Origin: Thermoanaerobaculia bacterium
GTDB taxonomy: Bacteria > Acidobacteriota > Thermoanaerobaculia > Multivoradales > Multivoraceae
DNA length: 64,000 nt
Reading direction: 5' to 3'
Assembly (NCBI GenBank): GCA_963666565.1
Contig: OY762911.1
Span: 1,184,001-1,248,000, forward strand
A model generated the notes under the pieces. The model saw only the letters and a list, made by a program, of their open reading frames with translations, was not told the origin of the DNA and made no database searches. The position numbers were made by a program, and so were the translations under genes. Of this stretch, positions 1 through 13,444 are shown piece after piece; position 1 is the first letter of the stretch, and each line of letters opens with the position of its first letter.

Positions 1-2
1 TC

Positions 3-1103
3 GGCAAGTGGCATCTGGGCCACCAGGAAGAGCACCACCCGATGAGCCGCGGCTTCGACGAGTACTTCGGCGTGCTCGAAGGCGCCAGCCTCTTCGTCGA
101 CTCCAGCCTGCCCGGCGTCGAGTACGGCTCGCTTCGCGGCGAGGAAGGGCCGACCGAGCGCCGCAACAAGGTGCTGCGCGGCTTCGAGGAGGAGAAGATC
201 GAGCGTTACCTGACCGACGTGTTCACCGACGAGGCGACGGGCTTCATCGAGCGAAGCGCCGGCGGCGACGAGCCGTTCTTCCTCTTCCTGAGTCACACGA
301 CGCCGCACACGCCGCTCCAGGCGACGGCCGAGTACCTCGACGGCCACCGCCACATCGAGGATCCGCGCACCCGGGTCTACGCGGCGATGGTCGCCTCGCT
401 CGACGAGAGCGTGCGCCGCGTGGTCGAGACGCTCAAGGCGCAGGGCGTGTACGAGAACACGCTGATCGCCTTCGCCAGCGACAACGGCTGCGCCGGCTAC
501 ATCGGCCACGCCTGCTCGAACGGCCCTCTGTTCGGCTTCAAGCGCTACCACCACGAGGGCGGCGTGCGCGTCCCCTTCATCATGAGCTGGCCGCGCCGGA
601 TCGAGGGCGGCCGGACGATGGCCGATCCGGTGATCACCCTTGACTACGCGGCCACGTTCACGGCCGCCGCCGGCGAAGAGGCCGACACCGGCGACAGCGT
701 GAACCTGCTGCCCTGGATGACGGGCGAGGCGGACGGCGCGCCGCACGAGTACCTCTACTGGCGGGCCGGCGCGACCCTCGCGATCCGGGACGCGCGGCAC
801 AAGCTGATCAAGCTGAACCGCACCGACTTCCGCCCCGACAACCTGCGCGCCGACGGCCGTCTGCAGCCGCCGGAGGGCGGCTGGCCGACCGACTCGCCGC
901 ACGGCCAGCTCACCCTGCTGTACGACCTCGACGCGGATGTTGGCGAGATGCACAATCTGGCCGCGGAGCAGCCGGAGATCGTCGCTCGTCTGGAAGCGGA
1001 GCTGGACGACTGGCGGGCCACCCTGGCGACCGAGCAGATCCTGCCCGGCGTCCGGTCCACTCTCGCCGAGATCGATGGAGAGTGGGTGCAGTTGGTATTC
1101 TGA
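3..1103 (+). CDS. Sulfatase (arylsulfatase A family), 5'-truncated by window edge
   Basis: Frame opens before base 3 with GKWHLG; also RGFDEYFG, HTTPHTPLQA, SDNG, EGGVRVP and LYDL..D.GE..NLA sulfatase motifs. Confidence 0.93.
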   Translation, partial: GKWHLGHQEEHHPMSRGFDEYFGVLEGASLFVDSSLPGVEYGSLRGEEGPTERRNKVLRGFEEEKIERYLTDVFTDEATGFIERSAGGDEPFFLFLSHTTPHTPLQATAEYLDGHRHIEDPRTRVYAAMVASLDESVRRVVETLKAQGVYENTLIAFASDNGCAGYIGHACSNGPLFGFKRYHHEGGVRVPFIMSWPRRIEGGRTMADPVITLDYAATFTAAAGEEADTGDSVNLLPWMTGEADGAPHEYLYWRAGATLAIRDARHKLIKLNRTDFRPDNLRADGRLQPPEGGWPTDSPHGQLTLLYDLDADVGEMHNLAAEQPEIVARLEAELDDWRATLATEQILPGVRSTLAEIDGEWVQLVF

Positions 1104-1127
1104 GCCGCCTGCGGACGCGGCGAGCTG

Positions 1128-2945
1128 ATGAACGGTAACCCGAAGAACGCCGAGCGCGGCCTGTGGCCTCCGCGCCGCCGGGTTCTGGCTGCGCTGGCGC
1201 TGGCGCTTGCCGTGGCGGCCGTCCTGCTGTTCCGTGTCCGGCAGGACGTGGGCCAGGCGCGCATCGACCTGCGGATGGCGGAGGCGGCGACGGCGGGCAA
1301 GGACTTCGATGGTCTCGCCGAGCGGGCGCCCGAACTGCTCAGTCTCGCCGCGCGGCAGGCGGCCGGCGAGGGCCGATGGCGGGAGGTCGCGGCGCTCTAC
1401 GAGGAGTACGCCGAGCATCTTCCGCCGGCCCTGCTGGCCGCCGCGGAGGTGGAGCTCGGACGGAACCGCGCAGTCGGCGAACAGGCGTCCGAACCGGACG
1501 CCGAGGGTGGCGAAAGAGCCGAGGGCGTCGAAAGAGCCGAGGGTGGCGAAGGAGCCGAGGGCGCCGAAAGGGCCGAAGGGACCGAAGCGGCGCCGGCCAC
1601 GGCGCTGCCCGCCGGCGAAACGCCGCCCCTCTCGGCCTTCGAGCGGCGCCTCCGCCGGGCCCAGCAGGTCGACGCCTCGGGCGTCCAGCAACTGCTGTTC
1701 GACCGCCGGGGCCGCCCGCTCGGATCGATCGGCGACGACCGCTCGGTGACCCTGGAAGACGACCTGCCGGCGGGCCTGGTGCCCCCGGAACTGGCGACCC
1801 ACCTGCTGCCTCCGGCGCTCCAGCCGCCGGGCCTCGCCGCCGCCGGGCCGGGAGCGATGGCCGCGGCCGCTGCCGGCGCGCGGGCGCTTCGCCTGACGAT
1901 CGACCGGGCCTGGAGCGAGGCGGCCGACCGGGCGCTCGGACGGGAGGAGGGCGCGATCGCCATCCTCGAGATCCCGTCGGGCGCCGTGCTGGCCGCGGTC
2001 AGCAACCGGAACCGGCGAAGCCGCTGGCGGGCGCGCGGCGACAGCGTGCTCGACCCGCGCGAACCGGCCTCGATCGCCAAGCTGATCACGACGACCGCCG
2101 CCATGCGCGCCGGCCTCGACCCGGACGGCGAGATCGCCGACATGACCTGCCGCGGCTCGGTGCTGATGGGCGGCGAGCGCCTCTACTGCGCCGCCATCGG
2201 CGGCCGGCTCCGCGGGCTCGCGGACGCGATGGCCAGTAGCTGCAACGTCGCCTTTGCCCGACTCGCGATGGACGTCGGCGACAGGGCCCTGGTGGAGGAG
2301 TACGAGCGCTACGGCTTCACGATCGGCGGCCCTCAGGGCGAAGCCGTGCCGAGGAGCGCGGTCGGCGTGGTGCATCGATACCGTCATCCCGGCAAGCGGC
2401 TCGGCGAACTCGCCGTCGGCCTGGAGGAGGCGTCCATCACGCCGCTGGGCGCGGCCGTGTTCGCCGCCACGCTGGCGGACGGGCAGCGGCGCGAACCGAG
2501 GTTCGTGCTGCAGGCGGACGGACTGCTCGGCATCTCGCCGCGGACGCCGGTCGGTGCCGACGCGCGGCCGGTCGCCGTGCTGGACCCGTCCTGGCTGCCG
2601 GCGCTCCACGAGTCGATGCGCGCCGTCGTGGCGCCGGGCGGCACGGCGAACCGGGTGGCGCCGAAGCGCCTGCGGGTGGCGATGAAGACGGGGACGGCGC
2701 GCGATCCCGACAAGCCGTTCCACGTGAACTACGTCGGCTTCTTCCCGTCCGGCGGCGGGCAGCCGCCGCGGTACGCCTTCGCGGTCCGGGTGACCGCGCA
2801 GTCGACGTCGGCTCGCGTGCGCCGCGCGGGCTACGCGGTGACGAACCGGCTGCTGCGCGCCCTCGACGGGCTGGCCGGCGACGAGATCGAGGCCGCCGCC
2901 CGGAGCGCGGTGCGGCTGACGGGAGCGACCGGAGCGGGACCGTGA
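1128..2945 (+). CDS. Membrane-anchored penicillin-binding protein (transpeptidase domain)
   Basis: N-terminal TM; SxxK (ASIAK), SxN (SCN) and KTG (KTGTA) motifs in correct order. Confidence 0.85.
   Translation: MNGNPKNAERGLWPPRRRVLAALALALAVAAVLLFRVRQDVGQARIDLRMAEAATAGKDFDGLAERAPELLSLAARQAAGEGRWREVAALYEEYAEHLPPALLAAAEVELGRNRAVGEQASEPDAEGGERAEGVERAEGGEGAEGAERAEGTEAAPATALPAGETPPLSAFERRLRRAQQVDASGVQQLLFDRRGRPLGSIGDDRSVTLEDDLPAGLVPPELATHLLPPALQPPGLAAAGPGAMAAAAAGARALRLTIDRAWSEAADRALGREEGAIAILEIPSGAVLAAVSNRNRRSRWRARGDSVLDPREPASIAKLITTTAAMRAGLDPDGEIADMTCRGSVLMGGERLYCAAIGGRLRGLADAMASSCNVAFARLAMDVGDRALVEEYERYGFTIGGPQGEAVPRSAVGVVHRYRHPGKRLGELAVGLEEASITPLGAAVFAATLADGQRREPRFVLQADGLLGISPRTPVGADARPVAVLDPSWLPALHESMRAVVAPGGTANRVAPKRLRVAMKTGTARDPDKPFHVNYVGFFPSGGGQPPRYAFAVRVTAQSTSARVRRAGYAVTNRLLRALDGLAGDEIEAAARSAVRLTGATGAGP
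1500..1586 (+). repeat. In-frame 18-bp tandem repeat (ERAEGx)n in PBP linker
   Basis: gaaagagccgagggcgtc / gaaagagccgagggtggc / gaaggagccgagggcgcc / gaaagggccgaagggacc. Confidence 0.85.
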
Positions 2946-5865
2946 CCCAGGACGCGGGCTCGTCTCCGCGGCCCGCGCGACGCCGCTACCGGCCGGCCAT
3001 CGGCCCCCGGCTGAAGCCGCTCCTGTGGGTGGTCTTCGGCCTGTTCGCGCTGCTGGCCGTGAACTCGTTCTACCTCTCCGGCGTTCGCGTCGCCGAGGCG
3101 GCGACCGGCGAGACGTACCAGAACTGGTTCTACATCTCGATGTTCCTGCTCCACCTGGCGGTGGGCGGACTGTTCGTCGTGCCGGTCATCTGGTTCGGCC
3201 TGGCGCACATGCGCAACGCCCGCAACCGCCCCAACCGGCGGGCGGTGAAGGTCGGCTACGCGCTGTTCGGGACGGCGCTTGCGCTCCTGTTCAGCGGCAT
3301 CGTGCTGACCCGCGTCGAGGGCGTGATCACCGTGAACGACCCGGCGGTGCGCGGCGTCGCCTACTGGATCCACGTGCTGGCGCCGCTGGTGGCGGCGTGG
3401 CTGTTCGTGCTGCACCGGCTTGCCGGCAAGCGGATCGACTGGCGGATCGGCGGGCGGGTGGCGGCGGCGGCCGTGGTGCTGGTCGGGGTGGCGCTCGTGC
3501 TGCAGTTCCAGGATCCGCGGGCCTGGAACGTCGAGGGTCCGGAATCGGGCGAGCAGTACTTCTTCCCGTCGCTGGCGCGCACCGCGAGCGGCGGCTTCAT
3601 CCCGGAGCGGGCGCTGATGAACGACGCCTACTGCATCGAATGTCACGCCGACGTCCACGAGCGCTGGAGCTACAGCGCCCACCGGTTCAGCTCGTTCAAC
3701 AACCCGGCATACAGCTTCTCCGTGCAGCAGACGCGTGAGAAGGCGTACGAACGCTCGGGCGACGTGCAGGCGTCCCGCTTTTGCGCCGGCTGCCACGACC
3801 CGGTGGTCTTCTTCTCGGGCGCCTTCGACGACCCGGACTTCGACATCGACCAGCCGGCCGCCCACGCCGGCATCACCTGCACGTCCTGCCACGCGATCAC
3901 CCACATCAACAGCCCGCGCGGCAACGCCGACTACACGATCGAGGAACCCCAGCACTACCCGTTCGCGTTCTCGGACTCGCCGCTGCTCCAGTTCGTCAAC
4001 CAGCAACTGATCAAGGCGAAGCCGGAGCTGCACAAGCGGACCTTCCTCAAGCCCCTGCACACGACGTCCGAGTTCTGCGGCGCCTGCCACAAGGTCCACC
4101 TGCCGGAGGAACTGAACCACTACAAGTTCCTGCGCGGGCAGAACCACTACGACTCGCACCTGCTCTCGGGCGTGTCGGGGCACGGCGTGGCGAGCTTCTA
4201 CTACCCGCCGGAGGCCGAGCCGAACTGCAACGGCTGCCACATGGAGCTGCTGCCGTCGGAGGACTTCGGCGCCCGGCGCTACCCGGAGAGCGAGCAGCCG
4301 GACGTCACGCAGGTCCACGACCACCTCTTCCCGTCGGCGAACACCGGCATTCCCCATCTGCTCGGCTTTCCGGACTGGGTGATCGAGGCGCACCGTGAGT
4401 TCAACGAGGGCGTCGTCGACGTCGACATCTTCGGCGTCAAGCCGGGCGGCGGGATCGAGGACGAGCTGATCGCCCCGATCCGGCCGGAGGTGCCGGCGCT
4501 CGAGCCGGGCGAGGAGTACCTGCTGGAGGTCGTCGTCCGCACGCTCGGCCTTGGCCACCACCTGACCCAGGGCACGGCGGACTCGAACCAGCTCTGGCTG
4601 GACGTCGCCGTGCGCGACGGCGCGGGCCGGCTGCTGGGCCGCAGCGGCGGCTTGGGCGAGGGCAACCGGGTGGATCCCTGGTCGCACTTCGTCAACGTCT
4701 ACATGCTCGACCGGGAGGGGGCGCGAATCGACCGCCGCAACGCCGAGGACATCTTCGTGCCGCTCTACGATCACCAGATTCCGCCGGGAGCAGCCGACGT
4801 GGTCCACTACCGGTTGGAGACGCCGCGCGCCGCCGCCGCCGCCAGCCTGACGGTCGAGGCCGTGCTCCGCTACCGGAAGTTCGACACGACGTACCTGCGC
4901 TACATCTACGGCGAGGACGCGGTCAACGAGTTGCCGATCCTCGACCTGGCCCGGGACACGGTGACGTTCACCTTGGCCGGCGCCCGAGATCGCGAGGATG
5001 CGGGTGGCGCCACCCGCGTCACGGGCGAACCGCAACCTGCGCCCGATGCCGCACGGGCGGAGGGGCGCTCCGGCGTCATGGCCGCGTCGGGCGCCTCGGT
5101 CCGGCAACCGGGCAAGCAGCTCTGGCAGCGCTGGAACGACTACGGCATCGGCCTGCTGCGCAAGGGCGGCGCCGGCCGGGGCGAACTGCGGCAGGCGATC
5201 GAGGCGTTCACGCGGGTCGAGGAACTGGGGCGCCCCGACGGACCGCTCAACCTCGCCCGCGTCTACCTGGCGCAGGGCACGGTGCGGGACGACGCGATCG
5301 CGGCGCTGGAGCGGGCGGCTACCTTCGAGCCGCCGGCGCCGAGTTGGTCCGTGGCCTGGTTCTCGGGACTGGTCAACCTGCAGAACGGCGCGGTGGACGA
5401 GGCCATCGCCAACTTCCGCTCGATCCTCGATGCCGACAGCGAGGAGATGCGCCGGCGCGGCTTCGACTTCAGCCGCGACGTGCGGTTGCACAACGAACTC
5501 GGCCTGGCCCTGTTCGAGCGCGCCAAGCGCGAACGCGGCCCGGCCCGGGCCGATTCGCGGGCGGAGAGGCTGCACGAGGCCCGCGAGTCGTTCGAGCGGG
5601 CGCTTGTCATCGATCCGGAGAACGTGGCGGCCCACTACAACCTCGGCCTGATCCACGCTCAGCTCGGCGACCCCGAGAGCGCGGTCCGCCACCGCGAACT
5701 GCACGCGCGCTACAAGCCGGACGACAACGCCCGCGACAGGGCCATCGCGATTGCGCGCCGCGCCGACCCGGCTGCCGATCATGCGGCCGAGGCGATCGTC
5801 ATCTACGACCTGCATCGGCCCGGGCGGTTCGAGGGCGACCGGGCCGGCGTCGCCGGAGGCGGCGG

Positions 5866-5869
<4 letters not shown>
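2942..5869 (+). CDS. Membrane-anchored multiheme cytochrome c (c554-like) with C-terminal TPRs
   Basis: N-terminal TM helices; five CxxCH (CIECH, CAGCH, CTSCH, CGACH, CNGCH); TPR helices (AHYNLG); GTGA overlap with PBP. Confidence 0.88.
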
Positions 5870-7980
<2,111 letters not shown>

Positions 7981-7998
<18 letters not shown>

Positions 7999-8040
7999 CC
8001 CGCTGCCGCCGTAGGCGGCCGGAAGAGATGCGCCGGCCGC
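7981..8040 (+). repeat. REP-like palindrome (GGTGCGCGGGTC-TTCT-GACCCGC plus second hairpin), copy A
   Basis: Stem GCGGGTC/GACCCGC followed by GCCGCC-GTA-GGCGGC; matches other copies in window. Confidence 0.85.
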
Positions 8041-8083
8041 CTTCGCCCGCGGGCGGTGTACAGTTGACCACTCGCTCCCTGCG

Positions 8084-9475
8084 ATGAAAACGCTCCGCAC
8101 CGGTCTGGTTCGGGCGCTGCCGATACTCCTTGCCGGCCTGCTGCCGGCCGGCGTCGCCGCGCAACGAATCGTCCTCACGGACGTCAACATCATCGACGGC
8201 AACGGCGGTCCGGTCCAGGAGGACATGACGATCGTCATCGAGGGCGAGCGGATCGCGTCGATCACGGAGGGCGGCTACCAGGCCACGGACGGCGGCGACG
8301 GCGCCGATGTCCACGACCTCGACGGCGCCTGGGTACTGCCCGGCTTCTGGAACATGCACGTGCACCTCAGCGTGATGTTCCCGCACAACCACGCCCTGGA
8401 CGACGAACTGGTGCCGTCCAAGGTCATCCGCGCGGGGCTGAACGCGATCGACGGGCTGCGGCACGGCTTCACCAGCATCCGCTCCGTGGGCGAGCAGGAC
8501 TACATCGACGTCGCCTGGGGTTTGGCGTTCGACCAGGGGTTCTTCCTCGGTCCGCGGGTCTTCGGCAGCGGGGAGCCGGTCAGCCCGACTGCCGGGCACC
8601 GCGGCTCGGTCGCCGAGGGCGCCGACGGCGTGGCCGCGATCCGCAGGGAGGTGCGGAAGCGGGTTCAGAACGGCGCCCGGGCGATCAAGCTGTTCAGCGT
8701 CGAGATGCTGCCGGACGAACTTGAGGCGGCGGTCGAGACCGCCGACAACCTGGGGGTTCACGTGACATCCCATGTCCGCGAGCCGGGGGCTTACGCCGCG
8801 GTCGCGGCCGGAGTCGACTGTCTCGAGCACGGCTACGGGCTGACCGACGAGACGATCGAGCTGATGGCGGAGAAGGGGACGTTCTACGACCCGACGATCA
8901 TCTGCAACCTGAGCGCGGAGTACATCGCCGAGCGGGAGGCGCGGCTGGCGGAGTTGGGCTACGCGGAAGACGAGGAGATCGTGCGGCTGCGGACGATGGT
9001 CGCCTTCGCCGACGAACGGTCGCCGGAGTTTGCACGCGAACAGCGGCGCATCCTGAAGAAGTCGGCCGAGGCGGGCGTCAAGCTGCTGATCGGTTCGGAC
9101 TCGATGCCGATCGGCGAGATGGGATTCCTCGAGATGGAGCAGTTCGTCCTCTCCGGCGTCAGCGAGATGGACACGATCGTCGCGGCCACCCGCAACGGGG
9201 CCGAGATGCAGGGCCTGCTCGACGATCTCGGCACGGTCGAGGAGGGGAAGCTGGCCGACCTGGTCGTCCTGGGGGCCAACCCGCTTGAGAACATCTCGAA
9301 CATCCGCGAGACCGTGATGGTGCTCAAGGGCGGCGTGATCGTCGACCTCGACGCACAGCTCGGAACGTCGACCTACTGGGACTACTACGGATCGATGGAA
9401 CTGCCGGAGGGTTTCCTTGCGGAGTCCGAGGAGGCGGCCGGCTTCCAGCGCGGCAACACGGCAACGGATCAATAG
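8084..9475 (+). CDS. Secreted metal-dependent amidohydrolase (prolidase-like/imidazolonepropionase family)
   Basis: Signal peptide; LPGFWNMHVH, LEHG, GSD and GTVEEGKLADLVVL motifs. Confidence 0.9.
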   Translation: MKTLRTGLVRALPILLAGLLPAGVAAQRIVLTDVNIIDGNGGPVQEDMTIVIEGERIASITEGGYQATDGGDGADVHDLDGAWVLPGFWNMHVHLSVMFPHNHALDDELVPSKVIRAGLNAIDGLRHGFTSIRSVGEQDYIDVAWGLAFDQGFFLGPRVFGSGEPVSPTAGHRGSVAEGADGVAAIRREVRKRVQNGARAIKLFSVEMLPDELEAAVETADNLGVHVTSHVREPGAYAAVAAGVDCLEHGYGLTDETIELMAEKGTFYDPTIICNLSAEYIAEREARLAELGYAEDEEIVRLRTMVAFADERSPEFAREQRRILKKSAEAGVKLLIGSDSMPIGEMGFLEMEQFVLSGVSEMDTIVAATRNGAEMQGLLDDLGTVEEGKLADLVVLGANPLENISNIRETVMVLKGGVIVDLDAQLGTSTYWDYYGSMELPEGFLAESEEAAGFQRGNTATDQ

Positions 9476-9505
9476 CGCGATCGGCGCATCGCAGGAGGAC
9501 GAGGG

Positions 9506-10822
9506 ATGAAGCGGAACACGAACGGGAACCGCGGAGTTCTTCTGGTGACTCTCGGTCTGCTGCTGCCGATCGGGGCCGTCGCGCAGACGACCGTTCTCGC
9601 CAACGCCACGGTCATCGACGCCACCGGCGCGCCGCCGATTGAGGACGCCGCGGTGGTCATCGAGGGCAACCGGATCGTGGCGATCCACACGCCGTCGTCC
9701 TCGGCGCCGGAACCCGGCGACGACGGCCGCGTCCTCGACCTCGGCGGCGCCTACGTCCTGCCGGGCCTGTGGAACAACCACTCCCACCTCGGCGACCTGC
9801 TGCCGGATCCGAAGGGCATGCTGCCGGACGAGCCGCTGCTGCGGGCCATGATCCGCGCCGGCCGCAACGCAATGGACGCGCTGAAGGCCGGCTTCACGAC
9901 GCTGCGGATCACCGGCGAGCGCGACTTCATGGACGTGGCCTGGAAGGAGGCCTTCGATGCCGGCGTCTTCGTCGGCCCGCGGATCGTCGCGGGCGGCCCG
10001 CCGCTCTCGACCGACGGCGATACGGACTGGCTGGTGCGGACCGGGAAGGGGCCGGAGGGGATCCGGGCGATCGTCGCCGACAACATCGCGAACGGGGTCC
10101 AGCTCATCAAGTTCCTGGGCAGCCGGATGCCGCCCGAGGAGTTGATCGCCGGGATCGAGGAAGCGCATCGACACGGCGTTCCGGTCACCATCCATGGCGG
10201 GGACAGGACGGCCCGGATCGCCGTCATGGCCGGCGCCGAGAGCATGGAGCACGGCAACGACCTCTCCGACGACACGATCCGGATGATGGCCGAGGCGGGG
10301 ATGTTCCTCGACCCGACGATCCAGTGCAACCTGAGCGACGAGTTCATCGTCGAGAGGGAACGGCTGATCGCGGAGGCCGGGTACGTTGCGCCGCCGGAAG
10401 TCATCGAAGGCCGGGTGCGGGTCTCCCGCGCCGACGAGCGCAGTCCGGAGTACGCGAACCACGCGCGCGACGTGATCAACAAGGCCTACGCGGCGGGCAT
10501 CCGGCTGACCACCGGCAGCGACTCGAACCCGATCTCCGAGATCGGGATTCTCGAGATCGAGCAGTTCGTCTTCCACGGCATCCCGGCGATGGGCGCCATC
10601 CAGGCGGCGACCCGCAACAGCGCCGAGATGATGGGCATGCTGGACGACCTGGGCACGGTCGAGGCCGGCAAGCTCGCCGACCTGATCGTGCTCGAGAAGA
10701 ACCCGCTCGAGCACATCTCGCACCTGCGCAGCCTGTCCATGGTGATCAAGGACGGCAAGATCGTGAACCGCTCGCAGGACGAGGGTCAGGCCAGCTTCTG
10801 GGAGCTGTACCTGCAGGACTGA
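9506..10822 (+). CDS. Secreted metal-dependent amidohydrolase, tandem paralog
   Basis: Signal peptide; LPGLWNNHSH, MEHG, GSD, GKLADLIVL; collinear with upstream paralog; GAGG RBS. Confidence 0.9.
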   Translation: MKRNTNGNRGVLLVTLGLLLPIGAVAQTTVLANATVIDATGAPPIEDAAVVIEGNRIVAIHTPSSSAPEPGDDGRVLDLGGAYVLPGLWNNHSHLGDLLPDPKGMLPDEPLLRAMIRAGRNAMDALKAGFTTLRITGERDFMDVAWKEAFDAGVFVGPRIVAGGPPLSTDGDTDWLVRTGKGPEGIRAIVADNIANGVQLIKFLGSRMPPEELIAGIEEAHRHGVPVTIHGGDRTARIAVMAGAESMEHGNDLSDDTIRMMAEAGMFLDPTIQCNLSDEFIVERERLIAEAGYVAPPEVIEGRVRVSRADERSPEYANHARDVINKAYAAGIRLTTGSDSNPISEIGILEIEQFVFHGIPAMGAIQAATRNSAEMMGMLDDLGTVEAGKLADLIVLEKNPLEHISHLRSLSMVIKDGKIVNRSQDEGQASFWELYLQD

Positions 10823-10835
10823 AGGGGAGGCGCAG

Positions 10836-12086
10836 ATGAGACTCGCTCGAACGTTCGTGCTGGTAGCGGTTCTGGTGCTTCTACTGGTGTCCTGCGCCCC
10901 GCGGGAACTCGTCACCCTGCCGGAAATCGACACCTCCGGTTCGCCCGACGGCATCGTCGACCTCCCGGCCGACGTGCCGGAGGTGTTCCACAGGTACTTC
11001 AACAGGTACGCCTACCACCCGACGCCGGACGGCAGGCGGATCCACTTCCTGGTCTCGGAGGGCTGGACCCGCGACCAGATCAAGCACGGCCTGAACGTGA
11101 TGGAGCACCTGCTGGCGGATCACCCGGGCTCGGTCTACGGCGACGACAAGAGTGGCATCGCCGCCGCGATGGCGGACCGCAAGGCGACGATGGTCTTCTT
11201 CGACGACGCGCCCGACCTGCGCCAGGCGATGAGCGGGGGACTTCCCGACGCGACGGACCTCAGCATGCAGGACCTGCGGGCGAACGAGAGTCCGGCGCCC
11301 GGGGACGCGGACTACATGGCCCACGTCACCAGGGACGCGTCCTACGAGGAGATCTGGCACCTGATCCACGACTACGGCGTCGTCCCGACCCTGCCGGACA
11401 TGGTCGCCGAGATGAGAACGGCCAACGACGAGGCGGCGGAGAAGGGCTGGGTGGGCACGCCGGAAGACGAGCCGGAGAACCACCCGAACGAGTACGTGGG
11501 CGCCCTGATCGACAACTACTACGACCTCTGGACCGTGCCGCCGACCATGTACGAGGGCCGCGACATCGAGCCTGGCCAGAACCCCGAGGGTCACTCGCAC
11601 TTCGGGGAGTACTTCGCCGGCAGTCGCGCGGCCATGCCGGAGAAGGACCCGCTCGGCTACGCGCTGGTCACGAACTTCGTCGGGCCGTATCTGACCTACA
11701 CGCCGGAACTGCCGCTGGACTTCAGCGGCGCCTTCTCGATGACGTTCGACCCGGACGTGCGGTACACGATGAAGACGCAGCATCTGCGGAACGTCGCGCT
11801 GACGGGTGACGGCGACGCGGACCTGCGCGGCAACGCTCACGACAACGTGCTGACCGGCAACGCCGGCGCGAACGTGCTGGAGGGCGGCGGCGGCAACGAC
11901 ACGCTGGACGGCGGCGAAGGCAGCGACACGGCCGTCTTCAGCGGGCCAGCCGCCGACTACGAAGTGGCCACCGACGCGGACGGAACGACGGTGACCGACT
12001 CGCAGACGGACCGGGACGGCGTCGACACGCTACGGGGCGTGGAGTCCCTGCAGTTCAGCGACGGGACCGTCCAACTGGAACAGTAG
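10836..12086 (+). CDS. Lipoprotein with uncharacterised EExxH zincin-like domain and C-terminal RTX Ca-binding repeats
   Basis: Lipobox LVSC; DASYEEIWH motif; GGxGxD repeats (GGGGNDTLDGGEGSD) and serralysin-like tail (DGVDTLRGVESLQFSDG). Confidence 0.75.
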   Translation: MRLARTFVLVAVLVLLLVSCAPRELVTLPEIDTSGSPDGIVDLPADVPEVFHRYFNRYAYHPTPDGRRIHFLVSEGWTRDQIKHGLNVMEHLLADHPGSVYGDDKSGIAAAMADRKATMVFFDDAPDLRQAMSGGLPDATDLSMQDLRANESPAPGDADYMAHVTRDASYEEIWHLIHDYGVVPTLPDMVAEMRTANDEAAEKGWVGTPEDEPENHPNEYVGALIDNYYDLWTVPPTMYEGRDIEPGQNPEGHSHFGEYFAGSRAAMPEKDPLGYALVTNFVGPYLTYTPELPLDFSGAFSMTFDPDVRYTMKTQHLRNVALTGDGDADLRGNAHDNVLTGNAGANVLEGGGGNDTLDGGEGSDTAVFSGPAADYEVATDADGTTVTDSQTDRDGVDTLRGVESLQFSDGTVQLEQ

Positions 12087-12095
12087 GAGAAACAG

Positions 12096-13397
12096 ATGAA
12101 GTTGACTCGGACCTATATGAGGTCGACTCGGACCGATGTGAGATTGGTTCGCACATGCGTTCCGATTGCGGTTCTCGCGCTGCTGGCCGTCTCATGCGCC
12201 CCTCGGGAACTCGTCACGCTGCCGGACATCGACACGTCGGGTTCGCCCGACGGCATCGTCGACCTGCCGGCCGACGTGCCGGAGGTCTTCCACGAGCACT
12301 TCAACCGCTACGCCTACGTGCCGACGCCGGACGGGAGGCGGATCCACTTCCTGGTCTCGGACATCTGGACCCGCGACCAGATCAAGCACGGCCTGAACGT
12401 GATGGAGCACCTGCTGACCGACTTCCCGGGCTCGGAGTACGGCGACGACAAGAGCGGCATCGCCAGCGCGATGGCGGACCGCAAGGCGACGATGGTCTTC
12501 TTCAACACGGAAGAGGAGCTGAATGAAGCGATGCGATCCGGGCTGGGGCGGGCGACCGATCTCAGCATGCAGGACCTGCGCGCGAACGAGTGCCCGGCCC
12601 CGGGCGACGCGGACTACATGGCCCACGTCACCCGCGACGCTTCGTACGAGGAGATCTGGCACCTGATCCACGACTACGGGATCAAACCGACGCTGCCGGA
12701 GATGATCGCCGAGATGCGGGCCGCGAACGACGTCGCCGAGGCGAACGGCTGGCGCGGCTGGCCCGACGACGAGCCGCAGGAGCACCCGAACGAGTACGTT
12801 GGCGTGCTGATCGACAACTACTACGACCTGTGGACCGTGCCGCCGACCATGTACGAGGCAGTCGACATCGAACCCGGCGAGATCCCCGAGGGGCAGTCCC
12901 ATTTCGGGCGCTACTTCGCCGCCAGCCGATCCCGGATGGAGGAGAACGACCCGCAGGGCTTCGCCCTGATCCGGAAGTTCGTGCCGCCGTACCTGACCTA
13001 CACGCCGGAGCTGCCGCTCGACTTCAGCGGCACCTTCTCGATGACGTTCGACCCGGATGTGCGCTACACGATGAAGACGCAGCATCTGCGAAACGTTGCG
13101 CTGACCGGCAACGGCGACGCGGACCTGCGCGGCAACGCTCACGACAATGTGCTGACCGGCAACGGCGGCGCGAACCGGCTCGAGGGCGGCGGCGGCAACG
13201 ACACCCTGGACGGCGGCGACGGCGACGACACCGCGGTGTTCAGCGGCCCGGCGGCGGACTACGACGTGACCCAGGACGGCGACAGGGCGACGGTGAGCGA
13301 CTCCCAGCCCGACCGGGACGGCGTCGACACGCTCCGGGGCATCGAGTCCCTGCAGTTCAGCGACGGAACCGTGCCGTGTGACCCGTGCGCTCGATGA
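12096..13397 (+). CDS. Tandem paralog of the preceding RTX-tailed lipoprotein
   Basis: Near-collinear with 10836..12086; lipobox AVSC; altered N- and C-termini (see findings). Confidence 0.78.
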   Translation: MKLTRTYMRSTRTDVRLVRTCVPIAVLALLAVSCAPRELVTLPDIDTSGSPDGIVDLPADVPEVFHEHFNRYAYVPTPDGRRIHFLVSDIWTRDQIKHGLNVMEHLLTDFPGSEYGDDKSGIASAMADRKATMVFFNTEEELNEAMRSGLGRATDLSMQDLRANECPAPGDADYMAHVTRDASYEEIWHLIHDYGIKPTLPEMIAEMRAANDVAEANGWRGWPDDEPQEHPNEYVGVLIDNYYDLWTVPPTMYEAVDIEPGEIPEGQSHFGRYFAASRSRMEENDPQGFALIRKFVPPYLTYTPELPLDFSGTFSMTFDPDVRYTMKTQHLRNVALTGNGDADLRGNAHDNVLTGNGGANRLEGGGGNDTLDGGDGDDTAVFSGPAADYDVTQDGDRATVSDSQPDRDGVDTLRGIESLQFSDGTVPCDPCAR

Positions 13398-13444
13398 CTC
13401 GCCCACGGACCGGGTCGCGGCTCGCGCGTTCCGCGCGGCCCGGG
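13379..13444 (+). mobile_element. Miniature two-hairpin element TGAC...CCGGG (diverged copy 3)
   Basis: Aligns with 14225-14293; separates the gene body from its original tail CTGGAACAGTAG at 13445-13456. Confidence 0.65.
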
